Below, piece after piece: positions 19,767 through 30,274 of a stretch of 32,547 bases of DNA (position 1 is its first letter; every line of letters starts with the position of its first letter). The stretch comes from Candidatus Hydrogenedentota bacterium (lineage in GTDB: Bacteria > Hydrogenedentota > Hydrogenedentia > Hydrogenedentales > SLHB01): the NCBI GenBank assembly GCA_045863295.1, contig BTWA01000035.1, positions 31,281-63,827 of the forward strand, in the 5' to 3' direction. The translations under genes were made by a program, and so were the position numbers. Below the pieces are notes generated by a model. That model searched no databases. It was not told where the DNA came from and was given only the letters and a program-made list of their open reading frames with translations.

Positions 19767-22700
19767 TTAATCGCGGCCTCCCTCTCTCCCTTTTGTGGCC
19801 GACATACGTTGCATGAGGTGTGCGGCAACTAACGCAGCCACAACTATGAGCATCATGCACAGCGATTCGGTTATGTTGTTTCCAATTCCCGATGTCTTGA
19901 TTAGTTTTTCCGTGTTGAGCGTAACCTGGACAACCCCTCCGTGATTCACAGTGAACTTCAGGTAATGCAGGCCATCGACAGTCTCCACAATTACCCCTTC
20001 ACTGGTGAGCCAGCCTTGAATCTCCGATCCTTCGTACCAGCCGGTCCGTTCTCCGTCCTTGAGATAGTAGGATAATGCGGCTTCATCCGGATGGATTCCG
20101 TCGGGCAAAGGCAACCAAAAGGTTTGCGGTGACGCAAATGTTTGATCGGAATCGATATAGTGCACATCTCCGATCCCGAACAAATGTGAGGGTATCGATT
20201 CTGAATCCAAATGGGATTCAGATTCGCCGGCCTTGCGGGTGGGATCCGGATCAATCTGGAATTTGATCGTTACCGGATCCAGGTCCACGCCATGTACGGT
20301 TTTTCCACCGGCCTTCACCGTGACACCCGAACCCGGAACCCACGCCGGATCCGGCAGAACGGCAACCCATCCATCGCGGTCCGAGATCATCTCCAGAGAG
20401 GTGTTGCGCTCGACGCCCTCGACAGACTCAACCATGCACCATATGCTGCTCAAGTCAATGGAATCTTGCGCCACAACGCGTACAGCGAGCCGATCGCCGG
20501 ACTTCGCCTGTCTGGTATCTTCGTCGACGTAATCGGCTGGCATGGCCTTTTCGTACAATGCCTTGTTTGGCTTTGCCACGTTGCCGTTATCGCCAATGGA
20601 GAAAGAGCCTTGCACGCACGAATTCTCCGCACGCACAAAATATGTGTAGTACGTAATGGTCGTGCTTGGATTGCATCCGCCAGTAGTTACCGGCGCCAAA
20701 GCAGTAAGGTCGTCATAGTTTGTATTCGAGGTTTCGCCGACTTTTGCCGCAGACCATGAGGGAGAATTCAAGCCTTCCGCACGGTAGACCGAATACTTTG
20801 TCGCACCCGTAGCCGCGCTCCAGGAAATGTGCACGCGGTCCGTCCACGTGTCCGTCGCTTGAACATTCGTCACCGAACCTGGCCCGGAGCAGCCCTTCTG
20901 GGTGATGGTAACTTCTTTCTGCAGGGGCTCGCCATCGGCATTAGTCTGCAACACTTTGATTTTGCCTACCCTGTCGCTGAGTGTTCCATTGGCGGTAAGA
21001 CTGACTTTGAACAATCCGCTGTTGGTACCCGGGCTTCCCGAGACGATTGAAATCCAATCCGAACCGCTCAAGACTTGTGTCTGCCACTGAAGCGTACCCA
21101 GTCCGGATTTTGCGACCGCGAGATCAAACTGCTGACTGGATGAATCCAATGGACCGGGAATACCATTAATGTCAAACGCCAATACTCCTCCAACGCTGAA
21201 CTGCGGGCTCGAACCGTGTACGGTGCTGAAGACGGCATCCGATACCCGTATCCAATAGTCGACTCCATCGGGTATGGAGTTGGGAATGGACCAGTTGAAT
21301 GTAAACGCTTTATTGGCGACGGGGAGATACGAGACTACGGACCGAACGGGAAAAGCCCCTTGCATAAGTTCGATATTCACATGGGCAATCAGCGCGGTCG
21401 AGGTGGTGCCAGCAATGGCATAGCTGTTTCCCCAATTCCACTGATCGCCCGCAATGGGGTTGGACACGTGAATCTCCGGAGTGATAATCCGGGTTAGCGT
21501 CAAGGTTTCCTGTACCGTCGATCCGGCAATTACCGTGGCCGGTTCTGGCGTCACCAGAAAATCCGAAGGCACTTCGGCGGTGATTGAGTACGATCCCGCC
21601 AGAAGAGTGAATTGGCAATTGCCGTTGAAATCGGTAGTCTTCAGTTCCTTTGCCAATGACGTGCTTGACAGCGCAGCAAATACCTTGATGTCCGGTATAC
21701 CTCGTCCTGTGAGACTGTCTTTCACCAGCACATTTAAGTAACCCTCGGTGGTGGGCCCTACTCCGCTCGAGCTGACGTACACTTGATATGAATGGTTGGC
21801 GCCAAATCCGGACGGCGTTGCATTTCTGACACGAACGGAATAGGACTTTCCAGCAGCCAACGCTTTTGTGACCAGTTCCGGTATGCTTTCGGCTATGAGT
21901 ACACCGTCCTGGTAGATATCCATCACCGGATTCGCGGAGCCGCCCATGTCGTGGAGGGACACAGTCGGGTAGATCACGACGGAATCGAATTGGAAAGAAA
22001 CCGTATCGACGTCTCCCGCCGCATGGAAACTATGTTCTTCATAATAATTCTGGAGGATCAATCCGTCCACGCCTGTACTGAAACTACTTCCCCAATCGTC
22101 GACTTCAAATTGGTCAGGCGCATCTTCACTATTACCTGACCCCTCGTCGTAGTAAGCAAAGCCGTTTACCGATTCAATGCTCCACGATTCAGTGGTCACC
22201 ACAACATCAACCCAACTCTCGTTGTTGGCGGGGTTGGTGCAGTCGATGTACTTGACTCCTCCGGGTCCGTCAGATGTGCTAATCCCGGTGGCGGGAACAC
22301 CGCCAAATGTGACCACGGGATTTGCAATCGAATCCGCGCCATGCACGTAGATTCGGATGGAATCTCCACCCAACTCAGGACCGGCGTGAGGTGCAATCTG
22401 TGTGATGCTCGGTGGCGGCACAAAGTATAAGAAAGCATTCTCTGCCACAGTGGACAGCAAATCGGGATTCACAATTTGCACGTCGACCGAGCCGGCGGCA
22501 TGAGGTGGAGTCTTGCATTGAATGGTGTACACTCCATCCCAGGCTTTGCTTACAACCACACCAGTGGCAGGCAAGCCATCAAAAAGTACCTGAGTGGCCG
22601 AGCCGGAATTTCTCCAGAAGTTGCCGCCGTGAATCGTAATGGTCTGACCACCGGTAACGGGACCTTCAGGCGGGCTCAAGAAATCCAACGTGGGTTCCGG

Positions 22701-23447
22701 AATTGGCGTATACGTAAAAGCATTGGCCTGAAAATTCTGCGTACCGTCCGGATGCGTTACATTCACATCCACTACACCCGGCGCATGCGGAGGCGCCAGA
22801 CAGTGCATGGTGGAAACGCTTGTGACTGTAACGTTGGTCGCCGGAACCCCTCCAAAGGTTACCGCGGGTATGCCGATACGCAACAGACCGTCTCCTTCAA
22901 AGAAGACGCGTTTGCCTCCGTCGGCAGAGTCGCTTACGGGACTTGATAAGGCAGCCAACGGAAATATATTGGGATCCGGAGCCGATGGTCCGTGCAACAA
23001 CTGAAATTCAGATCCCACTCCGCCCACGCCATCGACTGCAATCCAGTACTTCGTGCCGGAAACGGGCGAAAAGTCTACGGAGTACGATCCCTCGGCGACT
23101 TGACTCAGGCCGCCCAAAGTCGTGCCTGTGTACGCTGCAATTATTGGATCAAACAGATCATTGCCGTTGGAATCATCGGCAGGATCGACCGCGAAACTGG
23201 CGTATGCATTTGAAGGGGCAATCCACCAATACCAAACCGACTTGCCGCCCGTAAACGTAGAATTGTGGGCCGGTTCTCCTGATTCCAAGGTGGCGTTGGC
23301 ATTATTGCCGTCTGTGATATTTCCCCAAAGCATTTCCGCGCCCGCAAAACTATCGTTCACGGGTTGTGCGTGGGCACTCCATGCTATTGACAGCAGGGCA
23401 GACACCAAGACCGCGGGTACTATGGAGATTCTCTTGAACATCTTCAT
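19767..23447 (-). CDS. Large secreted multi-domain surface protein (PPC-like, 3x IPT/TIG, carboxypeptidase-regulatory-like, BACON-like, FN3, C-terminal TM anchor)
   Basis: Signal peptide MKMFKR..SAHA^Q from ATG 23447; three IPT repeats (VTFGGVPAT..PPHA.G.VDV..NAF.Y); SDWISI..N...R.G.I; FN3 (VHISWSAATGATKYSVYR); hydrophobic C-terminus followed by basic residues. Confidence 0.8.
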   Translation of the reverse strand: MKMFKRISIVPAVLVSALLSIAWSAHAQPVNDSFAGAEMLWGNITDGNNANATLESGEPAHNSTFTGGKSVWYWWIAPSNAYASFAVDPADDSNGNDLFDPIIAAYTGTTLGGLSQVAEGSYSVDFSPVSGTKYWIAVDGVGGVGSEFQLLHGPSAPDPNIFPLAALSSPVSDSADGGKRVFFEGDGLLRIGIPAVTFGGVPATNVTVTSVSTMHCLAPPHAPGVVDVNVTHPDGTQNFQANAFTYTPIPEPTLDFLSPPEGPVTGGQTITIHGGNFWRNSGSATQVLFDGLPATGVVVSKAWDGVYTIQCKTPPHAAGSVDVQIVNPDLLSTVAENAFLYFVPPPSITQIAPHAGPELGGDSIRIYVHGADSIANPVVTFGGVPATGISTSDGPGGVKYIDCTNPANNESWVDVVVTTESWSIESVNGFAYYDEGSGNSEDAPDQFEVDDWGSSFSTGVDGLILQNYYEEHSFHAAGDVDTVSFQFDSVVIYPTVSLHDMGGSANPVMDIYQDGVLIAESIPELVTKALAAGKSYSVRVRNATPSGFGANHSYQVYVSSSGVGPTTEGYLNVLVKDSLTGRGIPDIKVFAALSSTSLAKELKTTDFNGNCQFTLLAGSYSITAEVPSDFLVTPEPATVIAGSTVQETLTLTRIITPEIHVSNPIAGDQWNWGNSYAIAGTTSTALIAHVNIELMQGAFPVRSVVSYLPVANKAFTFNWSIPNSIPDGVDYWIRVSDAVFSTVHGSSPQFSVGGVLAFDINGIPGPLDSSSQQFDLAVAKSGLGTLQWQTQVLSGSDWISIVSGSPGTNSGLFKVSLTANGTLSDRVGKIKVLQTNADGEPLQKEVTITQKGCSGPGSVTNVQATDTWTDRVHISWSAATGATKYSVYRAEGLNSPSWSAAKVGETSNTNYDDLTALAPVTTGGCNPSTTITYYTYFVRAENSCVQGSFSIGDNGNVAKPNKALYEKAMPADYVDEDTRQAKSGDRLAVRVVAQDSIDLSSIWCMVESVEGVERNTSLEMISDRDGWVAVLPDPAWVPGSGVTVKAGGKTVHGVDLDPVTIKFQIDPDPTRKAGESESHLDSESIPSHLFGIGDVHYIDSDQTFASPQTFWLPLPDGIHPDEAALSYYLKDGERTGWYEGSEIQGWLTSEGVIVETVDGLHYLKFTVNHGGVVQVTLNTEKLIKTSGIGNNITESLCMMLIVVAALVAAHLMQRMSATKGREGGRD

Positions 23448-23944
23448 CCAGGTAGATCCCTTCTGCAGCTTACAGCAAATGCAATCAGCAACCTGCGCGC
23501 CAACCAACAGTCCAGGGTCCCTGTTCACGCGTAACTTATTCGCCATGTTCAAGTTACCACACAGGCGGAGCCAGCAGGTCGATGGATCGAATGCTTTCGT
23601 TGTTCAGAGATTTTACATATCGCGCGAAACGGTGACCAATTCTCAAACATGAGAGGACCGGTCAATTGTGATTCTTCGCGCAATTGGCATTACAACGGGG
23701 GTATGGTTCTGGTTTCGTCAATCATGGTGGACGGGCAGAGAGTCCGAAGTTCGCCGCATACGATTCCGATGGTCATAGATACGTCAGACACCATTCATCG
23801 GGGCGAACGAAGTGGCAAGACGTGGTGACCAGTGGCCAGTGCAATGGGGTTAAACTCACCACGTCAGCCTAACCCCGTATTTCAAGTACCTACTCTGTCC
23901 AAATTATGATGGGAATGAATTTAGCATGATCTGAACATAGGGCG

Positions 23945-24724
23945 TCACACGTTCAGGACTGCTTTCAGGAACTGGCGGGTGCGTTCTTCGGAAGGCTGGG
24001 TGAATATGGTGGCGGGCGTGCCTTGCTCGACCATTTTGCCTTGGTCGATAAACACAATCCGGTCGGAGATTTCCTGGGCAAAGCGCATTTCGTGGGTGAC
24101 GAGCATTAGGGTCATTTCGGTGTTGTGGGCGAGGTCGCGAATCACATTGAGCACTTCACCGACAAGTTCGGGGTCGAGTGCAGATGTGACTTCATCGAAG
24201 AGCATGACCTTGGGCTGCATGGCCATGGCGCGAGCGATGGCAACGCGCTGTTTCTGGCCGCCCGACAATTGGGATGGGTACACATCGAGTTTGTCCGCAA
24301 GCCCCACTTTAGACAACAGACCGATTGCCCTTTCTCTCGCTTCTTCCTTGGGCAACCGCAAAACGTGCACAGGCGCCATCGTGACATTGCGGAGCACGGT
24401 CATGTGGGGAAACAAATTAAAGTGTTGAAACACCATGCCTACGCGGCCACGGATCTTATGCAGGTGCTTGTTATCCGCGGGTACAGGACGCCCGTTCCGG
24501 GCCGACGCCCAGAGAGCCTCTCCTTCGATCTCGATATCGCCGGCCTGGGGGCGTTCCAATCCCATGATAAGCCTGAGCAACGTGGACTTTCCGGATCCGC
24601 TTGGTCCGATGATGGAGACTTTTTCTTTTGCGGCCACATCGATTGAAATCCCGTTCAGGACGGCGTGATCCTTATATCTTTTTATGATGTTGCTCACGCG
24701 AACCATGGGTTGCCGTATGTTCAT
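23945..24724 (-). CDS. ehuA: Ectoine/hydroxyectoine ABC transporter ATP-binding protein
   Basis: [17 protein letters not shown] and [16 protein letters not shown] motifs. Start set at ATG 24724 (ATGA overlap with ehuD). Operon context. Confidence 0.9.
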   Translation of the reverse strand: MNIRQPMVRVSNIIKRYKDHAVLNGISIDVAAKEKVSIIGPSGSGKSTLLRLIMGLERPQAGDIEIEGEALWASARNGRPVPADNKHLHKIRGRVGMVFQHFNLFPHMTVLRNVTMAPVHVLRLPKEEARERAIGLLSKVGLADKLDVYPSQLSGGQKQRVAIARAMAMQPKVMLFDEVTSALDPELVGEVLNVIRDLAHNTEMTLMLVTHEMRFAQEISDRIVFIDQGKMVEQGTPATIFTQPSEERTRQFLKAVLNV

Positions 24725-25386
24725 GTGCGTGCCCAGCCTTTCTCGATGCGTCGTTCCACCGATCGGACTAGTACGGATGCAAGCAGGCTCACGGCCAGGA
24801 ACAATCCACCCACGAGGGTCAGGGGTTCGAGGTAGCGAAACGTTTCGGAGCCGAATATTTTCGCGGTTTGCAGCAGTTCCAGTACCGTGATTGCGGAAAG
24901 CATGGGGGTGTCTTTGAACATGGCAATCAGATAGTTGCCGAGCGCCGGCAGTACCGGTGGCAGTGCTTGCGGCAAAATGACGCAGCGCCATACATCCAAC
25001 CGGGTCAAGTTAAGGGCGGCGGCGGCCTCCCATTGACCACGCGGTACGCCTTCAATTCCGGCGCGGTACACTTCCGAGAGGTAGGCACTGTAGTGAAAGC
25101 CAAGCGCCAGTACACCGGTCACCATCGGCGACATGCGGATCCCCGACTGGGGCAAGACGTAGAACAAAAAGTAGATCTGGACCAGTAGCGGCGTGCTTCG
25201 GAGAAACTCCACGGCGACGGTAGCGGGCCAAGCGACCCACTTGAAACGACTGCGTCGGAGCAGGGTCCAACCCAGTCCAATCATTGCAGCAGCGCCCAAG
25301 CCCAACACCGTTGCGTACACGGTGACGCCCAATGCGCGGATTAACTGCGGCAAGACGGCAAACGCGATATCCCAGTCCCATCTCAT
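24721..25386 (-). CDS. ehuD: Ectoine/hydroxyectoine ABC transporter permease
   Basis: MRWDWDIA N-terminus, [22 protein letters not shown] and MFKDTP. Confidence 0.88.
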   Translation of the reverse strand: MRWDWDIAFAVLPQLIRALGVTVYATVLGLGAAAMIGLGWTLLRRSRFKWVAWPATVAVEFLRSTPLLVQIYFLFYVLPQSGIRMSPMVTGVLALGFHYSAYLSEVYRAGIEGVPRGQWEAAAALNLTRLDVWRCVILPQALPPVLPALGNYLIAMFKDTPMLSAITVLELLQTAKIFGSETFRYLEPLTLVGGLFLAVSLLASVLVRSVERRIEKGWART

Positions 25387-26048
25387 GTTGCCGCTCCGGG
25401 GGCCCGGAATGTTCCGATACGTTTCTCAATCAACCGGAATGTACGGGTGATGGTCAACGCAAGAACAAAATAGAACGCAAGCAACAACAGGAACACCTCG
25501 GTGGTGCGCATGGTCTCGCTGCGAAGTATCTGCGCCTGAAACGTCAAATCGCTCAGCGTGATGAGCGACACAAGCGCCGTGGCCTTCATCAGTTCCACCA
25601 GCAGATTTCCGGCCGGCGGCATCATGGCCACGGCCGCCTGGGGCACGACGACGTGCCAGAGCGTCTGCATTCCGGACAGATTCAATGCGACCGATGCCTC
25701 TTTCTGACCCTTGTCCACGGATTGTATTGCGCCGCGCACCACTTCGGCGCCATAAGCGCCGATGTTCAGGCCCAGAACGAGGATTCCGGTTTGCATGGCC
25801 GACAATTCCAGGCCAAGAAAAGGCAACGCAAAGTAGAACCAGTACAACTGCACCAACGCGGAGGTTCCCCGAAACACTTCCACGTAGGCGACGGCGACCC
25901 AGCGAACATACTTTGGGCCGTATAGACGGGCTAATCCTGCAATCCATGCTGCGGCGAACGCGACGACCATCCCTCCCGTGGTTACCTGGATGGTAACCCA
26001 CAGGCCTTCCAACAGCGGCGGAATCAAGTCCACGGTGTTGCGCATCAT
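25383..26048 (-). CDS. ehuC: Ectoine/hydroxyectoine ABC transporter permease
   Basis: LLEGLWVT, YVEVFRGTSALVQLYW and GAYGAEVVRGAI motifs. Confidence 0.88.
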   Translation of the reverse strand: MMRNTVDLIPPLLEGLWVTIQVTTGGMVVAFAAAWIAGLARLYGPKYVRWVAVAYVEVFRGTSALVQLYWFYFALPFLGLELSAMQTGILVLGLNIGAYGAEVVRGAIQSVDKGQKEASVALNLSGMQTLWHVVVPQAAVAMMPPAGNLLVELMKATALVSLITLSDLTFQAQILRSETMRTTEVFLLLLAFYFVLALTITRTFRLIEKRIGTFRAPGAAT

Positions 26049-26992
26049 CGCGCCTCAGGCTGCGTCCGCGCGCCACATAGTGCATTGGCGGTCATGCCGC
26101 CGGGCAACTCGTTCTGTGTAAACCCAAAGGGCTGGACCATCGCGAGGTGCTCGTCCGAACCGAGAAAGGAAGCAAGTTCGCTGTTTACCGCATCGCGCAG
26201 CGCGGAATCCGCCAGACGAAAGCCAAATGCGCCATACCCACGTACCGATTGTCCCTCAATTACAGGGTCCGTAAAGGGGTCCGCCTGTTCCAGGGCGTCA
26301 TTATTCGATTTCTCGAGCAAGTCGCGCACCGTCAAGCTTGTTCCGGCATAGGCGTCTACGCGATCGCTCAGCACGCCTGCAATTGCGCTGGGCGCGTCGG
26401 GAAAGACGACCAGGCGGCTTTGCGGCACACCGCATGCCAGTGCGTAGCTTCGTTCGACCGCCCCGGCCACGACCGCCAAGCGAGCGGACGGATGTTTCGC
26501 CACGTCCTCGTAGCTGTGTAGCGCCAACGGATTATCCTTCTTCACGACAAAGGCCTCGCCGATTGCGTAGGTCGGGTCCGAAAATGCAATCTGCTCGCAC
26601 CGCTCGGGCGTGATGTACATGCCAGCCGCGATAACGTCGAACCGCCCCGCCTTCAAGCCGGGAATCAATGATCCAAACTCCGTGAGGACGCCTTCTATCT
26701 CGCTTACACCCAGACGGGCCATGACCGTTTTGAGGACTTCGGGCGCTTCTCCCGTCAGATCTCCCGAGGCCGATTCGACGTATGCGAAAGGTGCTTCGTT
26801 TGCGAAGCCAATGCGCACGCGCCGTTCGCTCTGAATGCGTTGCAGCGTATCGCCACCCAGGCCGGTTGCGTCGCTGTCTGGAGCGCAAGCAAGACCGTTG
26901 CACAAGCAGACCGCAACTACAACCGGGATCGCCGCCCTTGCGCGAATCGTGATTTTCCAATTCAAGCGTGCTTTGATGTGTGGCCACCTCAC
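26045..26992 (-). CDS. ehuB: Ectoine/hydroxyectoine ABC transporter substrate-binding protein, possible lipoprotein
   Basis: GFANEAPFAY, LTGEAPE, TEFGSLIPGL, AAGMYITPERC and YGAFGFR motifs; GLA^C lipobox-like sequence. Confidence 0.9.
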   Translation of the reverse strand: MRWPHIKARLNWKITIRARAAIPVVVAVCLCNGLACAPDSDATGLGGDTLQRIQSERRVRIGFANEAPFAYVESASGDLTGEAPEVLKTVMARLGVSEIEGVLTEFGSLIPGLKAGRFDVIAAGMYITPERCEQIAFSDPTYAIGEAFVVKKDNPLALHSYEDVAKHPSARLAVVAGAVERSYALACGVPQSRLVVFPDAPSAIAGVLSDRVDAYAGTSLTVRDLLEKSNNDALEQADPFTDPVIEGQSVRGYGAFGFRLADSALRDAVNSELASFLGSDEHLAMVQPFGFTQNELPGGMTANALCGARTQPEAR

Positions 26993-27915
26993 GCCGGCTG
27001 CATCGCGGCCACGGACGGCTTCACATCCATTGGAGCAATGGGCGTGAAGTCGCGGCTGGCAATAAACTCAGGCCGCTGGGATTTGGCTGCAAATGGTTTA
27101 CCCAGCGCGTTCGACACGCTGTTGTATACAAAGAACACGTTACTTCGAGGATACGGCGAGATATTGCTGTTGGATCCGTGCATCAGATTGCATTCGAACA
27201 AAAGCACCGAACCGGGACCGCCCTTGGGTGCAACGATGCCGCCCTGGTCTACAAGTGCCCGCAGGCTGGAGGGATCCGGCACACCGTATTCCTGGCGCTT
27301 TAGGGACTGCTTATAGTGGTTCTCGGGTGTTGCACCGCCACAGGAAACAAACGTTTTGTGACTGCCGGGGACTACCATAAGCGGACCGTTGAACTCGTTG
27401 TTTTCGGTGAGCGCGATTGAACAACTAACCGCCCGCATACGCGGCATACCGTCTTCGGCATGCCAGGTTTCAAAATCGGAATGCCAATAGAACTCCTTAC
27501 CCGCAAAGCCGGGTTTCAAGTTGACACGGCTCTGGTGAATGTAGACATGGTCATTCAACAGTTGCCGTACGATGTCTACCAGGCGGGGATTTCGCGACAA
27601 GGCGAAGAAGATGAGGCTTGACCGTGTTACGTCGAATATCGACCGGACTTCCCCGCTATTGGGTTCAGTGATGGAGTATTCGGCCTTCTTTACTTCCCTG
27701 GACTGCCGAAGCGATTCCAATTCGGCCTTCACTGTCTGTACTTCTTCGTGCCCAAAAAAGTTTTCGAAGAACAGATAGCCGTACCGATCGTAGGCAGTCA
27801 ACTGTGCGCGCGACAGGGGTCCGGCCGTGCTGCCCAGTCCCGAGTGGACAACAGGGTCTTTGCGGTCGGTCATGGCAAACGCGTCCGATTGGCGCGTCGG
27901 ATACAAGTCTTTCAT
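26989..27915 (-). CDS. ectD: Ectoine hydroxylase
   Basis: EctD signature FYWHSDFETWHAEDGMP, plus HQSRVNLKPGF and MHGSNSNISPYPRSN. Confidence 0.96.
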   Translation of the reverse strand: MKDLYPTRQSDAFAMTDRKDPVVHSGLGSTAGPLSRAQLTAYDRYGYLFFENFFGHEEVQTVKAELESLRQSREVKKAEYSITEPNSGEVRSIFDVTRSSLIFFALSRNPRLVDIVRQLLNDHVYIHQSRVNLKPGFAGKEFYWHSDFETWHAEDGMPRMRAVSCSIALTENNEFNGPLMVVPGSHKTFVSCGGATPENHYKQSLKRQEYGVPDPSSLRALVDQGGIVAPKGGPGSVLLFECNLMHGSNSNISPYPRSNVFFVYNSVSNALGKPFAAKSQRPEFIASRDFTPIAPMDVKPSVAAMQPA

Positions 27916-27938
27916 ATTGCTTCTCCCTTAGAGGCGAT

Positions 27939-28370
27939 TCACTCGCCTACGGCGGCGCGGCCCTGGGCGGAATGAGTTTGAAGTTCCTGCACGATCAGAG
28001 GATAGGCGCCGTCGGAATCGTGCACCTCCTGGCCTGTACAGGGCGGATTGAAAACACATATCATCCGTAGATTGGTCTTGGCTCGTAGTAGATGATTGTC
28101 GTGGTTGTTCAGGGCGTAAACAGTCCCGGGAACGATTGTGTGGGTCTCGCCGGTGGACTTGTCTTGAATCTCTCCCTCGCCTTCCACGCAATAGACAGCT
28201 TCCAAATGATTTTTGTACCACATGTGCGTCTCGGTGCCCGCGTACAGAACGGTTTCATGAAGTGAAAACCCCATGCCGTCGCTCTGAAGCAACAACCTCC
28301 GGCTCACCCACGTCGGTGCGTGCACTTCCCGCCGGGTTCCCCGAATGTCATTAATTGTCCTGACAATCAT
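27939..28370 (-). CDS. ectC: L-ectoine synthase
   Basis: [31 protein letters not shown] and CVFNPP.TG.EVHD..GAY. Confidence 0.97.
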   Translation of the reverse strand: MIVRTINDIRGTRREVHAPTWVSRRLLLQSDGMGFSLHETVLYAGTETHMWYKNHLEAVYCVEGEGEIQDKSTGETHTIVPGTVYALNNHDNHLLRAKTNLRMICVFNPPCTGQEVHDSDGAYPLIVQELQTHSAQGRAAVGE

Positions 28371-28373
28371 GAA

Positions 28374-29693
28374 TCAAGCTCCCACCGCGGTTTTTTCCAG
28401 CGCAATCTGAATTCGTGACGCGCGTTCCATAGCCGACTCGATGAGGTCGAGACCGCGGGAAAGCGTCTCATCGTCAATGAGCAGGGACGGCAGCAATTTC
28501 AGCACTTCGCTTCTTGAGCCTGAAGTTTCAATGATGAGACCAGCCTCAAACGCGAGACGACTGACAGTGGCCGCGAGTTCGGGTTTCTTGAAGACCAGCC
28601 CCTGGATCAGACCCCGCCCCCGCACGCGATCGCACATGCCCGGAAACTGATTGCACATCGATTCCAGGCGAATACGCATGCGCTCTCCAGCAGCGACAAC
28701 GCGATTGGACAATCTATCGTCACGCCAGTACATTTCTATCGCCTTCGTGGCGGTTACAAATGCGAGATTGTTTCCACGAAACGTCCCATTGTGTTCGGAG
28801 GGTTTCCAGCGGTCCAATTCCGGCCTCATCAGGACGATGGCCATGGGAAGTCCGAATGCACTGATTGATTTCGAAAGCGTGATGATGTCGGGGCTGATTC
28901 CAGCCGGTTCAAAGCTGAAAAATGTGCCTGTGCGCCCGCACCCCACCTGGATGTCGTCTACGATGAGCAAGATGCCGTATTGGGTGCAGATGCGCTCAAG
29001 CCGCTTGAGCCATTTGAATCCGGCGACGTTGACTCCTCCTTCGCCTTGTACGGTCTCCACAATGGCCGCGGCGGGCAGGTCGAGCCCGCTGCTTCGATCC
29101 TGAATTGCCTTTTCAAAGTAGTCCAGCGTGTCGAGTCCCGATCCCAAGTATCCATCGTAAGGCATGAATACAGTGTTTTGCAGGGGCACGCCGGCCGCGT
29201 TCCGGAAGTGGCTGTTGCCGGTGGCCGCGAGTGACCCAAGGGAAACCCCGTGGAAGCCGTTCGTAAACGATACGATTGCCGTGCGACCGGTCACTTTGCG
29301 CGCGAGTTTGAATGCAGCTTCCACGGCATTTGTGCCCGTGGGTCCGGTAAACTGAATCTTGTAGTCGAACTCACGCGGCTTAAGTATGATCTCTCGAAAC
29401 GATTCCAGAAACGCGCGTTTGGCTGTACTCGCCATGTCTAGACCATGTACCAAACCGTCATGATCGAGGTATCGCACAATGCTGGATTTTAAGTGCGGAT
29501 TGTTGTGACCGTAATTCAACGATCCCGCTCCCGAGAGAAAGTCAATGTAGGCCCTTCCGGTTTCGTCGTACAGCAGGGCTCCTTGCGCATTTGCAAACAC
29601 TTTGGGAAACGAACGGGAGTAACCGCGCACTTCGGATTCAAGCCGTTCAAAGGGTTTCATGGCGCCAGGCCTACCCTGTTGTTCATTGGACAT
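28374..29693 (-). CDS. ectB: Diaminobutyrate--2-oxoglutarate transaminase
   Basis: FERLESEVRGY, GAGSLNYGHN, GPTGTNAVE, DDIQVGCGRTG, LSKS and EHNGTFRGNN. Alternative start is ATG 29660 (ATGA overlap with the ectA stop). Confidence 0.96.
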   Translation of the reverse strand: MSNEQQGRPGAMKPFERLESEVRGYSRSFPKVFANAQGALLYDETGRAYIDFLSGAGSLNYGHNNPHLKSSIVRYLDHDGLVHGLDMASTAKRAFLESFREIILKPREFDYKIQFTGPTGTNAVEAAFKLARKVTGRTAIVSFTNGFHGVSLGSLAATGNSHFRNAAGVPLQNTVFMPYDGYLGSGLDTLDYFEKAIQDRSSGLDLPAAAIVETVQGEGGVNVAGFKWLKRLERICTQYGILLIVDDIQVGCGRTGTFFSFEPAGISPDIITLSKSISAFGLPMAIVLMRPELDRWKPSEHNGTFRGNNLAFVTATKAIEMYWRDDRLSNRVVAAGERMRIRLESMCNQFPGMCDRVRGRGLIQGLVFKKPELAATVSRLAFEAGLIIETSGSRSEVLKLLPSLLIDDETLSRGLDLIESAMERASRIQIALEKTAVGA

Positions 29694-30274
29694 GCAGGCA
29701 ACTCCTGTTTGTGTGACGCTCCATTGTCCGAGCGGCCGCTGGTCATTTCAGACGCAGGCAACGGTCCGATGCGCAACAGAATCTCGTCATCATGTTTGTC
29801 GGAACCAAACGATTCACCGGGATAGAGAACGCGCTCAACACACGAAACGTTCAGCTTGCGGGCAAACCCTTGGAACAACCTTCGCGAGACATCATTGTTC
29901 TTACCCACCGTTGCCTCGAGAAATGCGGGGGGGTGGGTTGCCGCCCGATCAAGCAGATGGGTAATCATCGCATGTGCAATTCCTATTCCCCGGCTTCGCT
30001 TCGTTACGGCGATTTGCCAGATGAACAAGCACTCAGGCCGCGTCGGCGGCCGGTATGCGGTTACCATGCCGACCATTTCCCGGGCGTCTTCCGCAATTGC
30101 GCACGTCTCCGAGAAGTGATCGCAAAGCAGGTGGTATGCATAGCACGTATTCCGCTCTAGAGGCGGATTCGCGCACACGAACGTCCACATGCGGTTTGCG
30201 TCATCAAGCGCGGGTTTTCGGATTGCCACGCCGTTCCGCAATGCTTTCACTGGCTCTGCAATTTCTGTTGTCAC
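29657..30274 (-). CDS. ectA: L-2,4-diaminobutyrate acetyltransferase
   Basis: PPLERNTCYAY.LLCDHF.ETC, LFIWQIAV...RG.GIA, EATV..NN..S..LF and HDDE.L.RIGP; lies directly upstream of ectB. Confidence 0.92.
   Translation of the reverse strand: MTTEIAEPVKALRNGVAIRKPALDDANRMWTFVCANPPLERNTCYAYHLLCDHFSETCAIAEDAREMVGMVTAYRPPTRPECLFIWQIAVTKRSRGIGIAHAMITHLLDRAATHPPAFLEATVGKNNDVSRRLFQGFARKLNVSCVERVLYPGESFGSDKHDDEILLRIGPLPASEMTSGRSDNGASHKQELPACPMNNRVGLAP

Noticed and set aside
23664..23685. TGTGA-N6-GCGCA CRP/FNR-like site
   Set aside because: The second half-site is poor and there is no supporting context.
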